Below, piece by piece: positions 1 through 7,324 of a stretch of 26,455 nt of DNA. The DNA lies in the IMG/VR virus record IMGVR_UViG_3300029582_000347, positions 1-26,455 of that record; one strand, written 5' to 3'. Position 1 is the first letter of the stretch, and each line of letters opens with the position of its first letter. The notes beneath the pieces were generated by a model. The model ran no database searches and was not told the origin of the DNA. It was given only the letters and a program-made list of their open reading frames with translations. This DNA comes from a virus. The position numbers were made by a program, and so were the translations under genes.

Positions 1-282
1 CAGCATGGGATGGGAGTTTGTGAGGATGTATCATTTTCATTGCTCACGTCCTCGCCTCATTGCGTGGCCTACAATTATGTCGTGCGCCGCCTGACGCCGC
101 GGGAGTGCGAGCGTTTGCAGGGGTTCCCGGATGACTGGACATTGATTCCGTGGAGGGGCAAGCCCGCCGCGGATTGTCCGGATTCCCACCGCTATAAGGC
201 TGTGGGAAACAGCATGGCGGTTCCGGTCATGTGGTATATCGGAAGGAGAATTCAGATTGTAGAAAGGAGAATGGCGGCATGA
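1..282 (+). CDS. DNA (cytosine-5)-methyltransferase, C-terminal fragment (5' end outside window)
   Basis: Frame 1 is open from the window edge. It carries C5-MTase motifs IX/X: RLTPRECERLQGFPDDW and GNSMAVPV. Stop TGA at 280-282. Confidence 0.85.
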   Translation, partial: QHGMGVCEDVSFSLLTSSPHCVAYNYVVRRLTPRECERLQGFPDDWTLIPWRGKPAADCPDSHRYKAVGNSMAVPVMWYIGRRIQIVERRMAA

Positions 283-749
283 AAGCTGTACTTGATGCCT
301 GCTGCGGCTCCCGCATGTTCTGGTTTAACCGCCGCCATCCCGACGTGGTGTTCATGGACCGCCGGGAGGAAACGCACACGCTTTGCGACGGGCGCACCCT
401 GGAAATCAAGCCGGACGTCGTCGGAGACTTCCGGGAGATGCCTTTCAGTGACGGGGCGTTTCGCCTTGTCGTGTTCGACCCTCCGCACCTGATTCACGCC
501 GGGGAATCGTCCTGGCTGGCCAAGAAATACGGAAAACTGGACAGGGAGACTTGGCAGGAGGATTTGAAGGCCGGTTTCCGGGAGTGTTTCCGGGTTTTGG
601 AACCGGGCGGCGTTCTGGTGTTCAAATGGTGTGAGGATCAGGTCAGCACGGCAGAAGTGTTGAAGCTGGCCAGCCATGAACCTTTGTTCGGCCACCGCCG
701 CGGGAAGACCGTCTTCCTGGTATTTATGAAATCTACAACCCCCAACTGA
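279..749 (+). CDS. SAM-dependent methyltransferase, probably an amino (N6-A/N4-C) DNA methyltransferase
   Basis: ATG 279 overlaps the upstream stop (ATGA), with AGGAGA at 265-270. Motif I-like VLDACCGS and motif IV-like FDPPH are present. The track start at 231 lies inside the upstream gene. Confidence 0.6.
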   Translation: MKAVLDACCGSRMFWFNRRHPDVVFMDRREETHTLCDGRTLEIKPDVVGDFREMPFSDGAFRLVVFDPPHLIHAGESSWLAKKYGKLDRETWQEDLKAGFRECFRVLEPGGVLVFKWCEDQVSTAEVLKLASHEPLFGHRRGKTVFLVFMKSTTPN

Positions 750-761
750 CGCTTTTTTGAT

Positions 762-1529
762 ATGGCCGGAGACTGGATCAAAGTTGAACACACAACGCCC
801 GACAAACCCGAAGTGGTAAAGCTGGCCGGCATCCTTGGAATTGATCAGGATGCCGTGGTTGGCAAGCTTCTTCGCCTCTGGATTTGGGCCGATCAGCAAT
901 CCGTCTCTGGTAACGCCATTACCGTTACAAATTCGTTTCTCGACCGTCTCGTATTCTGCCCCGGCTTCGCCGCCGGGCTTGTCAAAGTCGGCTGGTTGAA
1001 TGGACGCGAGGGCCTCCTTTCAATTCCCAATTTTGACCGCCACAACGGCCAAACCGCCAAAAATAGGGCCAATACGAACCGCCGTGTTGCGAATAGTAGA
1101 AAAGCTCATAATGAGCGAGTTGCAAAAACATGTAACGCAAATGTAACGCTCGGAGCGTTACAAAAACCGTTACCAGAGAAGAGAAGAGAAGAAGATACTA
1201 CTACTACAACTACAACCGGGCGCGAAGTCCGCCAATTTCCGCAGGACGTTTCCGAGGTGGACCGTTTTATGGCCGCCCAGGCTTTACACCCGATCGGAGA
1301 CGAGCTGACACGGTGTGCCGAACGTTTTTTCAACGAGCAATCCGCCGTTGGGTGGCGGAACAGGCACGGCGTGCCTCTCTTGGATTGGCGACCGATGGCC
1401 CGCCAATACGCCGCTACCTGGGCACGGAACAATGCGGACGCATCCGGGCTGAAACCCTCCCATGCTGCGGGATCCCCGCCAAAATCAACATTCAAACCCT
1501 CAAGAAGAGATGACCTCTGGAAAGATTGA
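762..1529 (+). CDS. Putative replication initiator / replisome organiser
   Basis: 255-aa ORF directly upstream of the DnaC-like loader. It has an N-terminal DNA-binding-like region, a poly-Thr/acidic linker, and a GTAACG iteron cluster inside the gene. Function is inferred mainly from position and the internal repeats. Confidence 0.4.
   Translation: MAGDWIKVEHTTPDKPEVVKLAGILGIDQDAVVGKLLRLWIWADQQSVSGNAITVTNSFLDRLVFCPGFAAGLVKVGWLNGREGLLSIPNFDRHNGQTAKNRANTNRRVANSRKAHNERVAKTCNANVTLGALQKPLPEKRREEDTTTTTTTGREVRQFPQDVSEVDRFMAAQALHPIGDELTRCAERFFNEQSAVGWRNRHGVPLLDWRPMARQYAATWARNNADASGLKPSHAAGSPPKSTFKPSRRDDLWKD
909..1173. repeat. Iteron-like (T)GTAACG(C) repeats, candidate phage origin
   Basis: GTAACG/CGTTAC occurs at 910-915, 923-928, 1132-1137, 1143-1148, 1157-1162 and 1168-1173. 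The last four lie within 45 bp as two direct plus two inverted copies. They include a perfect palindrome, TGTAACGCTC-g-GAGCGTTACA (1142-1162). Confidence 0.45.
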
Positions 1530-2253
1530 CGACCCCATTGACGCCCGGAAAGTCCTGGACGGAAAAATAGACAGCCTCCTGACGTCGCTGGAAGCGCTGG
1601 CTGCAGATGACGGAAAAAGCATCGAAGAGATGGAGGCGGAAGCGATGGCTGCCGAGAAGCAGCGGGAAGAAGAACGCCGGGCGACGTACGAACGCCTGGG
1701 CCTGGTGGACCGCGGCTTTCCCCGACGTGCTCTTGATTGTCTCGATGAAGTAACCGGAGAACCGTGGAAGAAAGCTCTCCGTGATGCCTACCGCACCGTT
1801 TTAACGCCTGGGAGCATCATTGTGCTGAACGGGCGCTATGGCACCGGGAAAACGGTATTGAGCACGTTTCTGGGGCGTGTCATGTACAGGCGGAAGAAGC
1901 GCGTCCTTTATTCCAAGGCTTACGATTACACGATGGCTTTGAGGGAAACGTTTAACGGAAATGGATCGGAATCCGCCGTCATGGCCCGATACAAGGCGCC
2001 GTATCTGTTGGTGCTCGACGAATATCACGAGGTTAAGGATACGGAATTCACAGGCCCAGCACTGGAAAGGCTCATTGATTACCGGCACCAGAACGGCAAG
2101 CCGACTATCCTTATCGCCAACTACAACCCTACAGCCCTGGAAGATCGTCTTGGCCCCGCCATTGTTTCCCGCATCCACCTTTGCGGCATCATCATCACCT
2201 GCGACTGGGAATCATACCGGGAGATCAATTACCGGCGGAAAGCCGAACAATGA
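1510..2253 (+). CDS. DnaC/IstB-like AAA+ ATPase (helicase loader)
   Basis: Walker A GRYGTGKT and Walker B LLVLDEY. ATG 1510 is preceded by AAGAAGAGA. An alternative ATG at 1462 would overlap the upstream gene by 68 nt. Confidence 0.75.
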   Translation: MTSGKIDDPIDARKVLDGKIDSLLTSLEALAADDGKSIEEMEAEAMAAEKQREEERRATYERLGLVDRGFPRRALDCLDEVTGEPWKKALRDAYRTVLTPGSIIVLNGRYGTGKTVLSTFLGRVMYRRKKRVLYSKAYDYTMALRETFNGNGSESAVMARYKAPYLLVLDEYHEVKDTEFTGPALERLIDYRHQNGKPTILIANYNPTALEDRLGPAIVSRIHLCGIIITCDWESYREINYRRKAEQ

Positions 2254-2345
2254 GGGAGAAAATGGGACTGGGAGGATGAAGGATAAGCGACTGTATCCAC
2301 CTTGAATCTTGATTCCGTTTCCTTGAACCAGTAAACTTCAACCGC

Positions 2346-2861
2346 AGGAAAAAGAAAGCATCACCTACAACCAAAAGAAAACCGGGGAGGCCGAGCCTCT
2401 ACACCGAGGATTTAGCCCAGGAAATAGCCGTCCGGCTAGCCAATGGCGAAACCATGAAAGCCATCTGCGCCGACGCTCACATGCCGGACGTCTGGACCGT
2501 CTGGCACTGGCGGGAAACCAGGCCGGAGTTTTCCCAACTTATTCAATGCGCGCGGGAAGCGCAGTCGGAAGCCATGCTTGACGCCTGTCAGGAGCTGGCC
2601 GACGAGGCCGCGAAAGTCGCCCTCGACCCGGAATGCGGCTCCGCCGCCGTCGCCGCAAAAAAGCTGGCCATTGAAACGCGGCTGAAAGTCGCCGCCCGAT
2701 TCGCGCCGGAAAAATTCGGCGACCGGGTCCGTCAGGATGTCGCCGGCGTTCCCGGAGCGCCGCTGGAACGGAAAATCACCCTGGACCCCGATCAGCTGGC
2801 CCAGCTGCAGGAAGACGAGAAAACCGCGCTGGAAACCATCGCCGGCAAACTCCAAGCTTAA
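2346..2861 (+). CDS. terS: Terminase small subunit (N-terminal HTH type)
   Basis: KRKPGRPSLYTEDLAQEIAVRLANGETMKAICADAHMPDVWTVWHW...FAPEKFGDRV matches the common GRPSKYTPE...IC...MP...W...KYGD small-terminase pattern. The first canonical start (ATG 2454) falls inside the HTH. There is no ATG/GTG/TTG in frame between the stop at 2310 and 2454. The start given here is the in-frame AGG at 2346 and is a hypothesis. Confidence 0.8.
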   Translation, partial: RKKKASPTTKRKPGRPSLYTEDLAQEIAVRLANGETMKAICADAHMPDVWTVWHWRETRPEFSQLIQCAREAQSEAMLDACQELADEAAKVALDPECGSAAVAAKKLAIETRLKVAARFAPEKFGDRVRQDVAGVPGAPLERKITLDPDQLAQLQEDEKTALETIAGKLQA

Positions 2862-2867
2862 CAGACC

Positions 2868-4241
2868 AGGACACGCCTCCCCGTCAGCTTCTTCCTCCGC
2901 CATGTCCTCCGCCTGGATCCCTATCCCTGGCAGGTGGAGGCCATCAAGGCGTTGTCCCTCGGAAAGCTGACCCTGGGAGGGAAAAGCGTGGCTCTGGTCG
3001 CCCCCAACGGATCCGGCAAGACGAGCAACTGCATCGCTCCGGCCATCCTGTACTTCCTCACCTGCTTCCCGAAGGGCCAGGTGCCAGTCACGTCGTCGTC
3101 GTGGATGCAGGTGGAAAAGCAGCTCTTTCCCGCGCTCCGCCGCTACATGGACAATCCCTTCTTTGACGGCTGGACCTTCAACAAAACCGAAATCCGCACG
3201 CCGGAGGGAGGCTTTGCCGTGGGCTTCTCGACCGACAACGCCGGCCGCGCGGAAGGATGGCACCCGAAAATCTCGCCCGACGTGGACCCCGTCTTTTATG
3301 TTCTTGACGAGGCCAAAACCATCCCGGACTCCATCTTCACCGCCGTTTCCCGCTGCACGCTCTTCCACGCGTTCATCACCTCGTCGCCGGGGGCCGATTC
3401 CGGCACCTTCTACGACTGCTTCCACAAAAATTCATCTCTCTACTACAAAATCCGCGTCAAATACGAGGATTGTCCCCACATTGAGATCAACGACCCGGGC
3501 AAGGCCGAACGCCTGAAAAAAGAATACGGCGAACAGTCCTCCTTCTACCGCTCCGCCATCCTCGGCGAATTCACCGACCTCGACGGTCAGTCCGTCATTC
3601 CCCGGCGCGCCCTCATGGAGCTGGTCAACAACCCGCCTCCCTTTCTGGACACCGGGGAGACCTGCGGCGGCTTCGACTTCGCGGCCGGAGGCGACGAAAA
3701 CGTCTTCGCGGCCGGGCAGGGCAACCGATTCTTTATAGCCGACCACTGGTCGGACCCGGACACCGTAGGAGCGCGCGGACGGTTCCGCCGCCGGGCGTCC
3801 GAACTCGGCATCCCCGCCGACCGCATTTACGCGGACGGAGACGGCCTTGGACTACCCATCATTGACGACTTCCGCGCCGAGGGCTTCCCGGTGCACTCCT
3901 ACCGGGGCGGCTTCCCGGCTGACGACACTCAAGCCTTTGTCAACCTCCGCGCCCAGGCGTGGCGGGCCCTGGCACGCGCCATCGAAGAAAAGGAACTCAT
4001 CCTCGACATTGACGAGGACACGATTGAACAGCTGGTAGCGCCCCGGCTTCAAACCGACGCGATCGGCCGCGTCAAAATCGAAAGCAAGGAAGACATGGCG
4101 AAACGGGGCGTCCGTTCTCCCGACCGCGCCGACGCCCTCGTCATGGCCTGGCACGCGCGCCGGCACAGCGGACTGGCCCGGACGCTGGGAGCTTGGTACT
4201 CGCGTCCCGTGTCATCCAAACGCGCCATCGGGAGATATTAG
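2868..4241 (+). CDS. terL: Terminase large subunit
   Basis: Walker A VAPNGSGKT and Walker B FYVLDEA. Nuclease-domain acidic motifs ADGDGLG and SPDRADAL. The track start is GTG 2934, but the conserved LDPYPWQ lies upstream of it. The start given here is the in-frame AGG at 2868, which is the only shared candidate start. Confidence 0.9.
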   Translation, partial: RTRLPVSFFLRHVLRLDPYPWQVEAIKALSLGKLTLGGKSVALVAPNGSGKTSNCIAPAILYFLTCFPKGQVPVTSSSWMQVEKQLFPALRRYMDNPFFDGWTFNKTEIRTPEGGFAVGFSTDNAGRAEGWHPKISPDVDPVFYVLDEAKTIPDSIFTAVSRCTLFHAFITSSPGADSGTFYDCFHKNSSLYYKIRVKYEDCPHIEINDPGKAERLKKEYGEQSSFYRSAILGEFTDLDGQSVIPRRALMELVNNPPPFLDTGETCGGFDFAAGGDENVFAAGQGNRFFIADHWSDPDTVGARGRFRRRASELGIPADRIYADGDGLGLPIIDDFRAEGFPVHSYRGGFPADDTQAFVNLRAQAWRALARAIEEKELILDIDEDTIEQLVAPRLQTDAIGRVKIESKEDMAKRGVRSPDRADALVMAWHARRHSGLARTLGAWYSRPVSSKRAIGRY

Positions 4242-4243
4242 GG

Positions 4244-4272
4244 TTGACAATATATCAATATATCCGTATATG
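4244..4272 (+). promoter_or_regulatory. Sigma70-like promoter for the phage tRNA
   Basis: TTGACA (4244-4249), a 17-nt AT-rich spacer, then TATATG (4267-4272). The -10 ends 17 nt before the tRNA 5' end. The candidate host tRNA-Cys promoter has the same geometry. Confidence 0.4.
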
Positions 4273-4288
4273 AAGATATGTAATCAAT

Positions 4289-4362
4289 CGCAGGGTGGTG
4301 AAACGGTATCACGCGGGGTTCCTGTCCCCGAGTAGGAGGTCCAATTCCTCCCCCTGTAACCA
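4289..4362 (+). tRNA. Phage-encoded tRNA, anticodon CCU (formally Arg/AGG) with initiator-tRNA-like features
   Basis: Hand-folded 74-nt cloverleaf: CGCAGGG TG GTGA AACGGTA TCAC G CGGGG TTCCTGT CCCCG AGTA GGAGG TCCAATT CCTCC CCCTGTA A CCA. All stems pair fully except C1xA72 and G2-U71. The CCA is encoded. Confidence 0.85.
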
Positions 4363-4385
4363 CCATTTTCTTTCGCTTCCGGCTC

Positions 4386-5750
4386 AGGTTCAACGCATTA
4401 AAAAATATCCTCAACGCCCCGAAGCTAGTCGCCCAACAGGAGACCAGAATCAAGGAGCTGGAGACGGATCTCGCCCGGCGAGCCCTGACGGAACAAAGCC
4501 GGCAGCCCAACCGTCCCCAATGGTACGAATACTGGGACCCGTTACAGGGAGCCGACTTGAGCACTCTTGTGGAGGCCCGGAATGAAGCCCGGCGGGGAGC
4601 CTTTGCCCGGCAAATGCTGATCTGGGATGAAATCATTTATTCGGACGGGCTGCTGGGCATGCTCTACTCCCGCTTGATCGAAAGCGTCGCCATGCAGGGC
4701 TGGAAGATTGACGCCGCGGACGAAAGTCCGGAGGCCCAGCGCCAGAAAACCGCCCTGGAAGAATTCTACCACTCCGTCAACGGGCTGCAGCAGTCTTTTG
4801 GACAGCTGGCTTCCGCCATGTTCTACGGTTACGCCCATCTCCAATACATCGAGGATTCCTGGGGCCGCCGATTTGAATTCATCCCGCAGCGTTATTGGGT
4901 GCGGCCGGGAGAGTTGAATCAATGGCAGTTCAACCCCCAGTGCTATATCGGGGTCGATACTGGCGAAAGCGTGGAAGAAGAAACGCTCGTCGTGATGGAG
5001 CACCGGTATCCCATCCTGTTCCCCGCCGCCCGCGCCTCCTTTGAGCGCAACCACGCAAAGATAACGTGGGACAACCACATGGACCGCTACGGGAGCGCCC
5101 CGGTCATCATCACCGCCCCCAAGGACGCGAGCGCCGCCGTCATGGACGCGCTGGAACGGGCCTGCGAACAGCTTAAATCAGGCGCCTCCATCGTGCTGCC
5201 TCCTGACTGTAAGGCGGAACCGCTCAAGGCGTCCAACATCAACGAAAACTATTTTCTCTCGCGCATCAACATGGCCGACAAGGACCAGGTGCGTTTTGTG
5301 ATGGCCGGAACCCTGACCGTCCTAAACGAATCAGGATCCGGCACGCTAGCCGGGTCCGCCCATACGGACAGCTGGAACGCGGTGGTGTCCGCCGTCTGCT
5401 CCAAAGTGGCGGAAGCGTTCAACACCGCCATCAGCCCGCTTATATTGGAAGACGGCGAACCGCTGGCCCGCCTCCACATCACCTTTGACACTGTCCAGAC
5501 GCCATTGCAGAAGGCCGAGGAAATCGCCGCCCTTGCGGACGGAGGCGTCCGTCCGGAGAAAACGGAAATCGAAGAAAAGATCGGCATGTCGATCGAGGAT
5601 TCGAGGGAGCCCGTGCCGACGGCGGCGGCAGCCAACAGGGAGTCGGGAGACTCCCTCATTCCGCCCGACGCCTACGAACAGCTGCAGCAGATGATTTACG
5701 CCGGCCTCATGAAAGGATTTAACGATGATCAGTACCAGACAAATCAATGA
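4386..5750 (+). CDS. Portal protein (Mu gp29 / DUF935-like)
   Basis: Lies downstream of terL with appropriate size. It carries the DUF935-like core LLGMLYSRLIESVAMQGWKI...AMFYGYAHLQYIE. The track start is TTG 4557, but the frame stays open and protein-like back to the tRNA. The start given here is the in-frame AGG at 4386. Confidence 0.7.
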   Translation, partial: RFNALKNILNAPKLVAQQETRIKELETDLARRALTEQSRQPNRPQWYEYWDPLQGADLSTLVEARNEARRGAFARQMLIWDEIIYSDGLLGMLYSRLIESVAMQGWKIDAADESPEAQRQKTALEEFYHSVNGLQQSFGQLASAMFYGYAHLQYIEDSWGRRFEFIPQRYWVRPGELNQWQFNPQCYIGVDTGESVEEETLVVMEHRYPILFPAARASFERNHAKITWDNHMDRYGSAPVIITAPKDASAAVMDALERACEQLKSGASIVLPPDCKAEPLKASNINENYFLSRINMADKDQVRFVMAGTLTVLNESGSGTLAGSAHTDSWNAVVSAVCSKVAEAFNTAISPLILEDGEPLARLHITFDTVQTPLQKAEEIAALADGGVRPEKTEIEEKIGMSIEDSREPVPTAAAANRESGDSLIPPDAYEQLQQMIYAGLMKGFNDDQYQTNQ

Positions 5751-6837
5751 CCTGTCCAGGCCCGCCAACGGCTGGTTCCACATTGAAAAAAGCGGGGACC
5801 ATGACGTCGACTACGGCGAAGGCCCCGCCTTGCTGCGCATCGACGAGCAGGCGATCAGGGACATGGTGGACGACTTCAACGCCCGCACCTTTGACGGCCC
5901 CGGCATGCTCATCGACGGCGACCACCTGAGCCACGACCTTTCCCGCGATACGCGGGCGCTCGGATGGCTCAAGAAGCTGGACACCTACCGAGACCCTTCC
6001 GGCACGCTGGAACTGTACGGTTTCATCGAATGGACGCCGCGCGGACTGAAGATGCTGGAGGACAAAGAATACACGCAATCCTCCACGGAATACGGCGACG
6101 GGATGTCCTTCAAAGACGGCGTTTACCGCCCGTCACGGCTGACCGGATTCGCCTTGACCAACCGCCCCCGCATCAAGGGAAAGCGGCCGTTGGTCAACCG
6201 ACAGACTTCCCCCGACTCTGACGAGTCCGGGGGCGACACCAAAAGCCCCGAAGAGGGGGAAACAACCCAGAAAATCAATATGGACAACGACGATAGATAC
6301 CATCCGTCCGAGGAACTAAGCAGGCAAAGAGATATTTTGCTTGATACCATCCTTGACAAAGCGGGCATCGAATTCGATGGAACCGACAAAATGCTCAAGG
6401 AAATCCTGGAACGTGTTGATCACCTTTTCGATTTGGAAAAGCGTGAGAAAGACCACGTGAACGCCGAAGTGGACGACGCCGTCAGCACGTACGAAAACGC
6501 GCTGGACGAAGAAGAACGCGAGGAATTCACGGAAGAACGCCGGGAAGAGCTGAAAAACTCTCTCCGGAAAAGCCCCGCCGCGCTGGACGCCTTTGTCAGG
6601 GCGCTCAACCGCCAGACTCAACCCAGTAACAAAGAGGAGACGGAAAAGAAAGAGCCGCCGAAAAGGCAGCCCCTGAACCGCCGCGCTACCCTGACGCCTC
6701 CCAACCCGTTCCGCAAAAAGGAATCCATAGACGGATTCCAGAACCGCGTGGACGAACTGATGAAGGGAGGCATGGAACGCTATGAAGCCTTCCAAAAAGC
6801 CACCGAGGAAGGATTCATTGTCGCCTCCGAACGCTAA
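5725..6837 (+). CDS. Head maturation protease fused to scaffold (Mu gpI-like)
   Basis: N-terminal half matches the Mu-like_Pro pattern: GWFHIEKSG...LIDGDHLSHD...ALGWLKKL...IEWTPRGLKMLEDKEYTQSSTEY. The C-terminal half is an acidic coiled coil typical of scaffolds. ATG start overlaps the portal end. Confidence 0.7.
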   Translation: MISTRQINDLSRPANGWFHIEKSGDHDVDYGEGPALLRIDEQAIRDMVDDFNARTFDGPGMLIDGDHLSHDLSRDTRALGWLKKLDTYRDPSGTLELYGFIEWTPRGLKMLEDKEYTQSSTEYGDGMSFKDGVYRPSRLTGFALTNRPRIKGKRPLVNRQTSPDSDESGGDTKSPEEGETTQKINMDNDDRYHPSEELSRQRDILLDTILDKAGIEFDGTDKMLKEILERVDHLFDLEKREKDHVNAEVDDAVSTYENALDEEEREEFTEERREELKNSLRKSPAALDAFVRALNRQTQPSNKEETEKKEPPKRQPLNRRATLTPPNPFRKKESIDGFQNRVDELMKGGMERYEAFQKATEEGFIVASER

Positions 6838-6858
6838 CCATCAACCTGATCAAAACAA

Positions 6859-7290
6859 ATGCCATCAATCAATATCACCCAAACGGACGCCGAGGTCTAC
6901 TTCAACGCGCCGGAAGGCGTTGACCTGTCCACGCTGGAAGGATCCGTCGTATCGCTGACCGGGAACCCGGATATCCCCGAGCTTGTCGGCAACCCGCTGA
7001 CGGCTCTTCCCACGCAGACGCAGCTGCTCGGACTTGTCACGCAAATCCAACCCGACCGGGGCACCTGCTGCGCCGTTCTGGTCGGCATGTATGCCGGACT
7101 GGTCAAGGCGTCTCTTGCCGAGACTCCCGGAACCATCAGCGTAGGTACTCCTGTGACTGTTACCGCCAACGGGACCTGGAAGGCCGCCGCCAGCGGCGAC
7201 ACCGTCTATGCCCGTGTCATTCATGAACCGTGGGAACCGGGAAAAATAGAAATCGGGTTCGTCGCTCCATACCAGGTTGCGGCCGCCTGA
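6859..7290 (+). CDS. Small head protein (DUF2190-like position, possible decoration protein)
   Basis: 143-aa ORF with ATG start, between the protease/scaffold and the major capsid gene, as in BcepMu-type head modules. The family call is by position only. Confidence 0.45.
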   Translation: MPSINITQTDAEVYFNAPEGVDLSTLEGSVVSLTGNPDIPELVGNPLTALPTQTQLLGLVTQIQPDRGTCCAVLVGMYAGLVKASLAETPGTISVGTPVTVTANGTWKAAASGDTVYARVIHEPWEPGKIEIGFVAPYQVAAA

Positions 7291-7324
7291 TCATCACCTC
7301 TAACAATTAGAAAGACCAACAACA

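Noticed and set aside
2262-2305. Mini-ORFs MGLGG (2262-2279) and MKDKRLYPP (2276-2305) upstream of terS, as leader peptides or as a frameshift entry into terS.
   Set aside because: All three frames hit stops before the terS coding region. There is no slippery heptamer positioned to join them to the terS frame.
2859-2861. TAA read-through or stop-codon reassignment fusing terS and terL (same frame), or a recoded phage genetic code.
   Set aside because: All other genes in the window terminate normally at TAA, TGA or TAG with sensible lengths. TAA reassignment is not a known phage recoding, and no suppressor-type anticodon is present. It also would not explain the terS, portal, tail, fibre and tip cases.
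2436-3425. Long antisense ORFs in the track: 2436-3425, 7343-8254, 8736-9797, 12214-13029, 15510-16121, 16653-17915 and 20705-21385, all on the minus strand.
   Set aside because: Each lies antisense to a + strand gene with recognisable domains. Their translations are Arg/Gly/Pro/Ala-rich low-complexity sequence, typical of shadow ORFs in G+C-rich DNA. None has motifs or sensible junctions.
4238-4636. ORFs 4295-4585 (+) and 4238-4636 (-) in the terL-portal gap.
   Set aside because: Both run straight through the well-folded tRNA at 4289-4362 and have no protein-like features. The region is better explained by promoter, tRNA and portal leader.
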